From positions 124,001 to 188,000 of the forward strand of contig CM120646.1 in assembly GCA_051362555.1 (NCBI GenBank): a stretch of 64,000 nucleotides of DNA. The letters run 5' to 3'. The position numbers and the translations under genes are program-made. The DNA is from Lingula anatina (taxonomy: Eukaryota > Animalia > Brachiopoda). Shown piece after piece: positions 24,691 to 38,600 of the stretch. Position 1 is the first letter of the stretch. Each line of letters opens with the position of its first letter. The notes under the pieces were generated by a model. It did no database searches, had not been told where the DNA came from, and saw only the letters and a program-made list of their open reading frames with translations.

Positions 24691-27600
24691 TCACAGTTCT
24701 GTATGTAATCCACGGCTTTGGTTCTCCTCGTCATACTTCACCACCCACTTGGACGGCTGTTCACACGTCAGCTGACCATCTGGGCAAAACCTGCGATATG
24801 TCACGTCCTGGGAAAACCCAAGAATCTCGCGCTCCTCTTGGATACGGAATGAGAAAGTGGACACATAGGAGCCAATGAAAACCCTGCAATGAACAAGCAG
24901 ATTCCACACTTTTCTAAAATATGTTGATGGAATGGCATAACCAGTCAAAAACAAAAGGCTAAGATTTACTATGATTAGAATATGTAGTAATATTTTAAAA
25001 AGTGAACCATAACTTCAGAGAATTTTTATTAAATAGCTTGTATACCACTGTGCAAAAACATGTAAAGATTCCATCACAGCTGATTGATTATAGGATTCCT
25101 GGCCAAATATGTAAAATTTTCTACATCACTATCAATGCATTACGACACTTACCTTGCGTGTGCACATATCCACTGATCTATAATAGCAATACCGCCATCT
25201 TTAAAGGACTCCAGCACCTCTTTGGTAGGAGTATATTTGACTACTTTGTAGCCCTGTAGGTACCCCTTCAACTCCTCAAACTCTGCAAATTAAAAAAAAA
25301 AAAAACATAAACGTAGTGCAACTCATTACCTCCTCAGACAAGTTTAATACATGAACCATGGAGTCCTTGTAATGACCAGACAAAATTTTCTGAACTTAGA
25401 CTTGTGAAGATTCTTTTGTCTATAGCTATTTTTTTTTTTTTTTTTTAGTTTGATCTTACCATCCAATATTTCATCTGCTTGCAGTCAGATTTCATCAGGG
25501 AATGAGGTTGTGACAGGTATGACAACCTGTCACCCCCTCTGGTGTGCTATTTGGTCAGATCCCCCCAACTCCTAGTTTCTCACGTATAGTGTAGAACAGT
25601 TTCATTAGCTATGTTATTATAATAGACTTGTGAAGATTCTTTTGTCTATAGCTATTTTTTTTTTAGCACATATATTTTAGTGGCACATTTCAGCACTAGG
25701 GAAGATGACATTGAATTTCAAGTTTAGCTGTGACAAAGTTAACAGTGTCTAGGTACATATATAAATGGTTCCACAACATTATTTGGTACTTCTTTGGCAT
25801 CACTTAGTGTACAATGGGGCTACTTTACTCTAAAAAACACAAAAAAGGAGCCTCACAAGACAATAACTTTAGATCTTCACCAAAATTCAAAAGAAGTATT
25901 TCTGATAGTACCGGTACTACACAACCATTTTATGACAGACATGATTCAACATTTGAAGAAGAAAGTCTGACAAAGGTAGACACTGAAATCCTCATTTTTA
26001 AGGATGAACATGATGTTCCAAGTAGAAGAGGCCTAACTGACAAAAATATTCCGGAAAAAGTTGTTCACAGAAGCCAAGAAAGCATTTCCAGGTCTTTGTC
26101 TTGGCCATCCATTGCACAAATCATAAATGGACCAGAAGTTCAATTTACCAACCAAGATGACTGCAGCACAACAACATGGAGTAGACTGCGTCTGTCTGAA
26201 CCACTAGACAACAGCAGCAGATCAGGCAGCTATGCTAGTACAGCAAGTCAGACGTTTTTAAGTTTTCCACCTCTAGAAAATGTCAGAGTCAGCAGAGCAT
26301 ACAGCGACATTGGGCTTCTGATACACCAGACATCCTTGGATGAGGAACAAAACTTCCCAATATTTGCAACTAGAGGTAAGTTTCTTTTAATCATTTGGAA
26401 ATAAAAATATGTACACTTCTTTTAATTTTTAAAAATGATTCTATCAGCCATTTTTAAAAGCAATGACTTATAAATCCTCTTCTCCAAAGCAAGGATATAT
26501 GTACTAAATTAATGATAATTGTATAAATGCAAATCATAATTGCATATGTTGTTATAGATGAAGTATTTCATATTCCATACTTATTCTTTAACAATACCCA
26601 GATATGAAAAAAAAAAAAATGAAGTCATAAAAATTGAAACAGTACTGTAGTTGCTACAGAAGGAAACTTTTTTTCATGGCTGTTATATTAACTGAATACT
26701 TTTCATTAATTGTTTTCCCAGATAATGAGAGGCAGGAACCTTGTGTGACCCACAACTACATCACCGTGATAAACCATTCTGGATCCCAGACCAGTTTCCA
26801 AGTAGGAGATGGTGGCAACACAGTGTATTTTGGCAGGAATGAAACTATAAATGAACTGTTATAAAAGCAAACATGAAGCTTATTAGTGTGGTGGAAAAGA
26901 GGGATTCACGTGCAAACAATTGTAGCGGTGCAATTTCTCCGCAATCCAGAATAATGACGCTGTGATTTCTTTTTCATAAATTTAATAAGATAATGAAATA
27001 TTTACGCTACTAAGTGCACCAGCTGCTAATCGTCTGCTGCGCCGCCATGCTCCTTTTTCCGCTGACGCTACCCCGGTTAATGCACACCGGCACTATATTT
27101 ACCCCGTTACATGATGTATCATACCTAAATTTTCTTAACCCTTGATGTCTAAATTTTTTTATTCTTAGGTGTTCCCAGAGCAAAAAATGCCCCATGGGGA
27201 TTAAATTTAATGATATATAACACCCTGTGGCTCAAATAAGTGCATTTGAAATAATAATATAACTTTGTATTTATTGGGTGTGTGTAAAAGTTGCCATCTA
27301 CTTCTAGTCTATGGCAAAAACAATCATGATGCTTATATTTTGTATTTATTGGGTGTGTGTAAAAGTTGCCATCTAGTCTATGGCAAAAACAACCATGATG
27401 CTTATATTTTGTATTTATTGGGTGTGTGTAAAAGTTGCCATCTAGTCTATGGCAAAAACAACCATGATGCATATATTTTGTATTTATTGGGTGTGTCTAA
27501 AAGTTGCCATCCAGTCTATGGCAAAAACAACCATGATGCTTATATTTTGTATTTATTGTGTGTGTGTAAAAGTTGCCATCCAGTCTATGGCAAAAACAAT

Positions 27601-30600
27601 CATGATGCTTATATTTTGTATTTATTGGGTGTGTGTAAAAGTTGCCATCTAGTCTATGGCAAAAACAACCATGATGCTTATATTTTGTATTTATTGGGTG
27701 TGTCTAAAAGTTGCCATCCAGTCTATGGCAAAAACAACCATGATGCTTATATTTTGTATTAATTGTGTGTGTGTAAAAGTTGCCATCCAGTCTATGGCAA
27801 AAACAATCATGATGCTTATATTTTGTATTTATTGGGTGTGTGTAAAAGTTGCCATCCAGTCTATGACAAAAAACAACCATGATGCTTATATTTTGTATTT
27901 ATTGGGTGTGTGTAAAAGTTGCCATCTAGTCTATGGCAAAAACAACCATGATGCTTATATTTTGTATTTATTGTGTGTGTGTAAAAGTTGCCATCCAGTC
28001 TATGGCAAAAACAAACATGATGCTTATATTTTGTATTTATTGGGTGTGTGTAAAAGTTGCCATCCAGTCTATGGCAAAAACAACCATGATCAATGCTTAT
28101 ATTTTGTATTGATTGTGTGTGTGCAAAAGTTGCCATCCAGTCTATTGCAAAAACAAACATGATGCTTATATTTTGTATTTCAACGTTGATCCAGCCACGT
28201 TGACTCAATGTTGTATTTTGGTCAATGCCACAACCTTGCAGTTATGGATTGTTATTTAAAATATTAATTATTGAAAACGTGATACTTTGTTGATCAATAC
28301 TGTAACTAAATTTATCAAAATAATAACAAAATGGTTTTAAAGTAAAAGTGACAGTTGTTTTGTGTCTTTAGTTAACTAGTGAATTTTCTTAACTTGTTAT
28401 TCAGAAATACATTCCAACTAGAGGATCAGAGAGGCGATACCGCCTCCGAATATTGTACCACCAGCTGGAGTAAGCGCATTGGTATAGGCCCCCCCCCACA
28501 AAAAAAGGGACACCACCACCAGTCTTGTGCTTGACAAGCTGTAACAAGGCAGCAAAGCTGTCAAATGTACAGACAAAAAGCAGGAAATAACTATGCACAA
28601 AATAGGCTACTGTCAATTCTGATGCAAAAGTACATTATGTTAAACTGTAAATTCAACATCAAATTTTAATTATGCTCAACAGAAAATACCAATGAAAGTA
28701 AAATGTGTAACAAGCATAAGGCTTCAGGCCCATGAGAGTTCAAGTTCACACTTTGAAAATGTATAACTTCCAGAAAAAGAAGCCAATTAGACTGCTTTTC
28801 CAACTCAGGCTGCATGCCGATTTTCGAACTTGACCTCCGTTTTAGTAAGATCGATTACTCCTGAGAGTTTCACGACAACAGGCCTATCGGTTTTCCTTGA
28901 AATGTGTTTACAGTGTTGCATATATGTTGAAAAGTGAAAGAAAAAAGCATAACTTCTACAATAATGGCCCGATCATCCTGATTTTCGAACTTGACCTGCA
29001 TTTTATGAATATTCATCAGCTCTTTAAATATAAAGCCCAAAAGTAAAACTGCCTTCCACTTATCGTGTTTACAATGAAAGTGCAAGGTGCCGGCAACGGC
29101 GATGACGGCGACGACAGACGCAGGTGATGGCAATATGTACAGACACATCTGTACATATTTACTGTACTGTTTGAGAACAGTAAGTGACATGGTTTTTCTT
29201 AAATGGTCATCATGGGAGCAGTGCCCAAAATAGGTTTTTTTCAAATTTTGACGCAATATTACATAATGTTTAACAGCATAATGACCTTCAATTTTTAAGA
29301 ATACAATATTAGTATCATGGATATTCAGAAAATGTGACTAGCAAAGGTCTTCAGGCCCATGGAACTTCAAAGTCACAACTTGAAAATGCCAAAATGTAAA
29401 CAAGACAGCACTGTTCTGAAATGTTTTTTTTCCATTTTTAACAATTTTTAACATAAAACAAAATTAACAGTTTACTGCCATTTTTATATTATCAACTAAG
29501 AAAATTGATGAGATGGGAAAAATATCAATATAACAGTGTTAAATGTCCAATTTCTTCCATTCTGAGATTCTGAACATAGTGAATGATTGAATCTGACAAA
29601 CTGCAATGATGAGTTTATTTCCATTTTTGACACTTTATTACACAATACACGATAAAAAGTTTACCATCATTTTTACAAAATCAACTAACAATGTTGTAAA
29701 GATGCAGGAAATGTCAAACAAACACTTTTACGTATCTTATTAGTTTAATAATGAGACTGTTAACATGCCTAAGAATTGAATCTGAGGAAATGTGAAAAAT
29801 ATGCTGAAAAGTGAAAAAACCAGCATAACTTCTACAATAATGGCCCGATCATGCTGATTTTCGAACTTGACCTGCATTTTATGAATATTCATCAGCTCTG
29901 TAAATATAAAGCCAAAAAGTAAAACTGCCTTCCACTTATCGTGTTTACAAGGAAAGTGCACGGCGCCGGCATCGGCGACGGCGACGACAGACGCAGGTGA
30001 TGGCAATATGTACAGACACATCTGTGTCTGTACATAAAAATGCAATCAACAAGAATTCTCAAAATATGCAAAAAAATATATAACTGAAATGGTACAATCA
30101 AAGTTCAGTTCATCGTAAGGTAGGTCAAAGGTCAATTTCAAGGTCACAGTAAATTTCCAGTTTATGACTTCCTATTTAAGTTCAATAGTAACTATGGACC
30201 TATCTCAGCCAGTTTTGGAGATAAAAGGGAACCAAAATTTGTAAAGTTCAATTCATGATGAAAAGGTCAATTTCAAGGTCACACTTAGATTGCCAGTATA
30301 AGACTTCCTATTCAAATTCAACAGTAACTATGGGCATATCTTTGCCAGTTTTGGAGATAAAAGGGAACCAAAATTTGCAAAGTTCAGTTCATGATGAAAA
30401 ATAGGTCAAAGGTCAATTTTAAGGTCACAGTAAATTGCCAGTATATGACTTCCTATTCAAGTTCAATAGTAACTATGAACCTATCTGTGCTAGATTTGGA
30501 GATAAAAGGGAACAAAATTTGTAAAGTTCAATTCATGATGAAAAGTAGGTCAAAGGTCAATTTTAAGGTCACAGTAAACTGCCTCTAATGACTACATATT

Positions 30601-30775
30601 CAAGTTAAAAAAATCCCAATATTTGAAAAATGTTGACAGTGCATAAAATAATATTACATAATGTTTAAAGACATAAAAGCCTATGCAACTGCTTATGTGG
30701 AAATACAGAAAATCTGAAGAGCTTCAGGTGGATGGGAGTTGAAAATGCCAGTGTTTAGAAAAAAAAACACAACAA

Positions 30776-30810
<35 letters not shown>

Positions 30811-32642
30811 CCAATAAAGCTGCCATTCAAACTTTAAATCTTGCTGTATTAACATGATATGAATAACCCAATGTGTTTGAGGATAATAAGGCACTGTTAT
30901 TCATCTATAGCATTAATGTTAGCATTACACATTTTTTTTTTCTTTTGTAAACTTATTTGTTATATTAAACAACATTTACCTGCATAATTATCACCAATTC
31001 CTAATTATGTGACACAGTTAAGAGAGCTTAACCTATAGGACTTGAATGGGAAATCTCAACGTGTGTTTTATGTAATCTTATTTAATGGGCACTTGAAAAT
31101 TAATTAGGCAAGTGATTTTATATCTCTGAATTTAGCTAGCGATTATCCCAAGGGACAATTACCACCATCCATAAACAGTAGCCCCATATAGCACTCTATA
31201 GAGCTGCATTGCTTCCAAAACAGAAAACAATCACACTGATATCCAACACAAGCTACACTTCAGTCCTATGAAACTTTTTAGTAAGTTAGAATATCATAAG
31301 TAAAATGGTCCCGGCAGCGATGTCCAAAACAGGTTTTTTTCATCTTTTATGCAATTTAACATAATGCTTAACAGCACAATGGCCATCAATTTTTAATAAT
31401 AAAGTAAATGTACCATAGATATTCAAAAAATATGACAAGCAATGGTATTCAAGCCAATGGAAGTTCAAAGACTAAGTCACACCTTGAAAATGTCCATATG
31501 TGAAAATTCAGGCCTACCCAACTACCAGACTCGGCACCTAAGGATCCTGAATTAACCGGTATATGGGACCACAATACCCATTTTCAAGGTGTGTGTCAGA
31601 TAGCATTTCGGAGTATCATATCCCAGAACAAATTTTGTAGCATGACTGCGGGCTCATCCACGCTCGGCTGAACAACCTTAAACTGTACTCTTACTTTAGA
31701 GTACTCTATTTTATTGTCTCTATGGGGATATATGGGGACTTTACGACATTCGGTTTGAATGTTTTAATCACTTTTGATAGGGCTTTTTTGCATTGTATTA
31801 GATTAATGTGGCAGTCTAAGGTTCATCTAGGTGGCTTTCAAATTTATGCACCCGGTTTTAAAATCATATAGCGATTTTACGACAATCGTTTACTATCCAA
31901 TCAAGGTGACAGTTGAGCATGCCAGGGCTCATCCTGTCGGTGTTCTGGCTGATACTCCGAAATGCGATCTGACACACGCCTTGAAAACGGGTAGTGTAGT
32001 CCGATATACCGGTTAATTCAGGATCCTTAGGTGCCGAGTCTGGTAGTTGGGTAGGCCTGAAATTCTAATTGTAACAAAAAACTATATAATTTCCAAGAAA
32101 GTTAACCGATATAACAAGATTTCCAAATGAAGCTATAATTTAGTCCTATGCTACATTTCTGTAAGTTTGAGAAGAGTAAGTGACTTGGTTTTCCTTTAAT
32201 GGTCACTATGGAGGCATTGTCTAAAATGGGGTTGTCTTCAATTTTGATGCAATATTACATAATGCTTAACAGCATAATGACCATCAATTTTTAATAAGAA
32301 AATAAAAGTATCATGGATATTCAGAAAATTTGACATGGAAAGGTCTTCAGGGCCATGGAAGTTCAGAGTCACAACTTCAAAATGCCAAAATGTACACAAG
32401 AGATAACTGTACTGAAATGAATTTCCTTTCCACTTTCAACACCTTTTTTTACATATATAAAAATAATCAATTTACTGTCGTTTTTAAATGATCAACTAAG
32501 AAAGTTAACGCTTGTGGTACAATAAACTGAATTGCTTGCAAGGTCAGCTAACACTAGGATGAATAAGTTGCTGTAAATATGATGGAGTAAACAGTTCTTG
32601 GTAACCTGTTATAGATAGACAGGTTGAGGTGACTGTGACCTT

Positions 32643-32675
<33 letters not shown>

Positions 32676-35600
32676 TAGAAAGGATCTATATATATTAATC
32701 TAAACCTTGGAAATTTTAACTTGAAGGCCATACATTTATACCCTACATATATTTAGCCATCAAACATGTCCTACTGCTAAACACATCCATGCAAATTTCC
32801 CGCTGGGTGGGGTTGATATAACATAGTTTTCTGATGTTGATACGTTGTTATCTGAGGTTGACACAACTTTCAAATCCAACGTTTATTCAATGTCTTTTCA
32901 ACGTTATGGTTCAACGTTGTTTCAACATTAAAACAACATAATTTGCCCGCTGGGTATTTTGTATTTATTGGGTGTGTGTAAAAGTTGCCATCCAGTCTAT
33001 GGCAAAAACAACCATGATGTTTTAATTTAGTATTTATTTGGTGTGTGTAAAAGTTGCCATCCAGTCTATTACACAAACAACCATGAGTGAAGTATCCAAC
33101 AATGTGACATAAAATTCTTAATAAAATTGACCATATTGAATTGATTTGGAATTTTTGTTTGCATGTTTGCATTATTTGGTCATATCTTTTTGCTAATTAC
33201 AAGTTTTTAGTATAAGACACAGTGTTAAAATGTTGATGCTGCAATTAGGGTTATCTTGAGCCCTCTTCTCCTTATGAAAGTACATTTGGGACCACTGGGT
33301 CCCCTCAAAACAACTCATTATCAATGAAAAATGTACTCAGTTTATCAATTAATTCATTTATTAAAAATTATAATATAATCTCTTGCTTCAAATGATTCTC
33401 ATATGTCAGAAAGGGACGCTGATGATGGTGATAAACATCCCAAAGGACATACCTATTAAAGATAATGAATCTGGAAACAAGAAACTAGTGGCATTTCTCA
33501 AAAACCAATTCTGACACTCAGAAACCAGAAGTTGGTTTTTTCAAACTTGTGAACTCCTGAAGATTTAATTTCGCATATAAGTCTGATTAAACATAGTTTC
33601 AATCAGGGTTTTTCCTAGGATTTGGGGTACAGTGTCTACTAATTGTAAATCTGCCATTAATAACAGATTCACATGAAGTCCAACCAAAGCTACAAAAAAA
33701 AAAAATCTGAGAGTGAGGTGGGAAGGGGGTACTTTTTAATTTATTTTATTAAAATATTCAAAATTTATTACTGAATAAAATTCAATAAAAATTGATAGAA
33801 TATTCATTGTATTATACTTAAGTTATATTTATGTTAACAATTTAACTTCTTTTGGTGTTATTATGTGACCGTTTGATTTTTTTAAATATATGAATTAAAT
33901 AAAATCAGTTTTAAAAAATCCCCTTTTTATTTAAATTCTCATAAATTAGTTATTACTAATTTCTCCCTTACATCAATATCACACTGGTATATGACAGCAC
34001 TGTTAATTTATCAAATTCCAGCACAAAATTTTGAACTATAAATAACATAGGTGTTGCTAGAGTCATTTAAAAAATGAAACATCTTACAAAATTTCAGATT
34101 ATATTTTGGCAAATAAACAACATTTCAACATGATCTTCAGTCCCAAAGATTTCACTTTCTAACTTCGAATGGTTGTGAGTACATAGCCTACAAGGTATTT
34201 GATTGACAGGCAGTATGTTGCCTTAACAACGAACTAGATATATCCAGTTCATCTGGTTCAATCTAGCTATTGTACCCATACCAGTAGTTGTGTAGTTTCT
34301 ATTTAAGGAATGGTCTTTACTACTAGAGCATGTATATTTTTAACCAAATAAATATTCAGTTGTCAACCTGTTATGTGAACAAATTCTGTCTTGTGAAGTT
34401 TTGGAAGGTGCTAACTTTCATAATTTGGCGGTAAGTTTGCTCAGACATCGTTTTGGGACTACATGTGTTTTGTGCCAAATGTAGGCCACTCTTTTCAATG
34501 CCGTGTAGGAAGAGACGAAAAGACATTTTGTATGCAACAAAAAATATTTCTTTTTCAAGATTTTTGTTCCAAAGTTCTCATAAAAGATGACCTGTCCGTC
34601 GGACAGCCAACCCTGCAAATTCACCTGTCCGAACTGAATTTTTACCTGTCCCGGACAGGCGGACAGGTGCTAATGTCGAGCCCTGCTTCAACAATGAAGT
34701 CATGGGTTTAACACATGGGTACATGCAGTCTATCCTTACAGTGCACTAAAACAGGTCAGTCAGTATCAATGGCACACAGGAAGCGTCCACTGTGGAAACC
34801 AGGCTGGGCAATATGGTCTCTCTGGGCCACGCAGAGAGGGCAAAACAGTTGCACATCAGTATTTACAGCGCACATACCAAAACTATACGAAGTTCACAAA
34901 CGCGCAAAATTGCTTTCTGGTTGAAATTCATGCATCCCAAAAAACTCCAGAACCACAGATTTTAAGCTAATTTGAAGTTTATGAGCCATTCAAAATTCAC
35001 AGTAATCAGTGGAATGTATGATTTTAATAAATACAAAATAAAACCTTACTGTTTTATCTATTTATATACAAATATGACCTTGGCGTGCTTCTTTTATCTT
35101 TGATCAAATATTAGCCTCCTCCCATAAATACCAGAAAGTATGATGCTGGGAAATAACCTTGATGCTTACAGGGTGTCCCACTAGTGCACTGTTAATGTAA
35201 CCCAAGAGTGTGAATTTCATATAGAAGTTAGCAAATCTACTGCTACAAATAACATGTCACTTGCTTTACTGACAAAGACATTATTGCCCTTTATAGAATA
35301 TGTTCCAAATATACTGTTTTGCTGAAGATACATGTACATGAATTCTACAGATGAAGATGTCGATGATTTTGATTCACTCTTCCTTTGGTATAGCTCTGAT
35401 TTCTTGAGTGATTGCTGCTTTTAGCTCTGGAATGGTGTGGGGGTTGTCCCTGTAGACTCCCTCCTACAGAAACCCCAAAATATAGAAATCTGGGGGATTA
35501 AGATGACCACTCAGGTTTGCATTTGTGGCCAATTTGTTGGTTGGGAAACTTGTGCCCCTGCTGAACACCGTTTGCACATCTTACACGGCTCATGAGCCCA

Positions 35601-38600
35601 AGTCTATGCCAGAATTTGTACAGACCCTCCAAATAGAGTTCCTTTGGGGGTATCTGAAAGATCAAGTCTACAGAAACAACCCCAACACCATCCCAGAATA
35701 ATAAAAATAAAATTAATGGCGTCCATGTTCTTGGGCTACATTTATACTTGGACACCCTGTAAAGAAGGTCTTAATCAAAGATAAAATATTTTTATAGTAA
35801 GTAGGTTAAAATGATGAGCTAGTGAACAGTGCCTTATTATGAAGATAAACGGTGGTGAGAGCACTTAGTTGGTGGCACTCAAGGTGAAACTTCCCTGTTT
35901 CACACATGGATAACTACTGAACTTTTTTATATAAGCAACAGGTATTCTAGCATCAATGAACTAGCCATGGGGTTGGGTTTCTCCAAAATATCTTCCAGTA
36001 AAACATACCACATGTCTTCAGCAAGTTTCACAAGTTACCAGAAATACAATAGTGCAAGAGCTACAATGTATAAGAAACATAGTACACCACTGAAAGCATT
36101 TGGCAAAGACAGTCAACCACAGGAAGACACAGAACTACTCACCAACGAAGATGATGTCTCCAACAGAAGATACCTAACAGGCAAAAACAACCAAAGAAAG
36201 GCCAAAATCAGTAGATACCTAGATAAGGGCGGAATTGCCAGATATTTGAGTTGTCCGAACATCGCAACAAGTCCGTCTTCTAACAAAAACGAACCAGGAT
36301 TTGCCATGCAAGGTGACTTCACTAGACCATCACTGCAGTCTTCTTTTACTTGCAGCCCATCAGATCTTAAAGGTGCCAAATCATGCTTGTTGAAGCAAGG
36401 TAAGCTTCTTTTAATCGATTAATAATAACACAAAAAAAGAACACTTCCTCAGTTACATTTTATCATCCATTTTAATAAACAATGACTACCTCAATGAAAG
36501 CAAGCAGACAAAATTAATGCTTATTGCATAAGTACATCTATAATTGCTTTCAAAATTATAGGTCCTTATAGATGATGTGTTGGTTATTCTTCTCCCCTTT
36601 GAAAACATTTGATACTCCACACCTAATCTTTAACAAAACCTAGTTAAGGGAAATAAAAGATAACAGAATACAGAAAAAATGCAGTTGTATACTAAAACAA
36701 TTGAAACAATAGTTGCTACAGAATGTAACTCTTATAATTTTATTGAATACTTCTTGATTGTTTTTCCAGATAATACCAGCAAAAAGGAGGGTAATGTGAT
36801 CAATGTGTACCATTATTACAATATCCTACCTGGATCCCATGTCAATCTCCAAGTAGGAAATGGAAACAGTATCAATTTGAACAAGGATGAAACTACAGAT
36901 GAACAAACCTAGCCGAGGATACATACATATCATTTAACAGACTGTAAAAGAATATCAAGTACAGGGGCGGATCCAGAGATATTTTCTGACAGTCTTCCAA
37001 ATTATTTTTGTTAATCCATCCTCCATTTTTGACCGTCTTCCGACAGAAAATATTAGATACCCGTCAATGTAAACTTTAAAATCTGACCGTCTTCCGGAAG
37101 ACCCAGAAGACGGCCTAAATCCGCCCCTGAAGTACTGTACTATACTGCACTAGTAGCTGGGGTAGCACTTGCAATTTTTTTTTTGCTAAGCCAAATCACC
37201 ACATTTTTGTCAATTTCTTATCAAAATGGTTAGAATTTGGCTAAAACAAGTCAAATCAGGCCCTTTTTCTTTAGCCAATTTAAGTCAGTTTTAGCATTTG
37301 GCTAAATTGGCGAGTGTTAGCGCTACCCCAGAGTAGAGTGATGGGCTGGTCCCTCACCAGAGTGAGATGAAATGAGCTGTCATTTCATTTATTAACACAA
37401 AATGATCATGGACATCTGACATACTTACTGATGGCAAAGAGGCTCCATTTTCATCTCCGTCTGTCTATCAATTTGTTTTTTCATTTGTCATCAGACTAAA
37501 TCAAAAAGTTTTGGATGGATCTGATAAAATATTCAGGATAGGTTATCATTGGCTAACTTGCACCACATTCACAACCAGAGTTGACCAGTGGACTGAATAT
37601 GGCCGATGCACTTGAAAGCTTGCCATGTAATCACCATGGGAAATCTATTCAGTGTACATTAGTGGATTATGCGACAAGCTTTCAAGGCAGACCACCATAT
37701 CTGATCCACAGATCTGTTACACCCCATTTCCATAGATTAGATCGAGCTACTTTAGATCGACCTAACTCCCTGGGGTTCACGCTAAATAGCTGTCAGCCGG
37801 GCGGACACGAAAGTTAATTACCCCCTTACAGCTTGTAGTAGGCGGGACGGACATTTAAGTCGGATTATCTGAAAGTAATCTAGTGAGACTCCCTGCGGGG
37901 ATAGATCGATCTAAAATCTATGGGAATAGAGCCTTAGTCCATGGATAACCTTCTTCTGAATGCACCCTTAAAAAGTGATTAGGATTTGGCGGTGACCTTT
38001 CATCCACATCATCTGGACCTAAGAACCTTTAAACGTTTCTTCACGCTAGCAAGATACACAAGGCCAATGACTTTGACCTTGTGCAATGTCCTCTCAATTC
38101 CACAATTTATCTTAGGATCTTTGGCATTGGTCTGTGCTCTTTAAGTACTTTTCTAGTTTACAAACTCATAATGACAAGATTTTATGTAATACTCATGTGC
38201 CTGACACTTGTTCTTTGCAGAGAATTGGGTGGATTTTTGTATTCATGTGATTAGAAATACAAATTCTGGACCTTCCTGTTGTGAAGCTTAAACTTATGGA
38301 AGCCCTCCCCCCCCCCCAAAAAAAAAAAAAAAAAAAAAAACATCTGATCCATGTACTCATACAAGATATGTTAAGATATGATACCACAACTAAATGTTAA
38401 CTTATGACGGCCCTGTGTTAAGTCTACTATAACCTTCTATGCACATATTCTACATATATCCACATACATAAGGCACTCTGCACAGGATATCATATACCCA
38501 ATTCAATGAATTTTCCTGATAATAAAAAAGCAATACTCTTCCTGACCAAGCATTGCTCAGCCAGTCCAATGTTTTATTCCATTAACATTAAGGAACCCAT

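Noticed and set aside
27149-28208. Cys/His-rich repeat ORFs that look like zinc-finger or heme-binding CxxCH repeats
   Set aside because: A 69-bp minisatellite open in several frames and on both strands; the units recur non-coding at ~33000.
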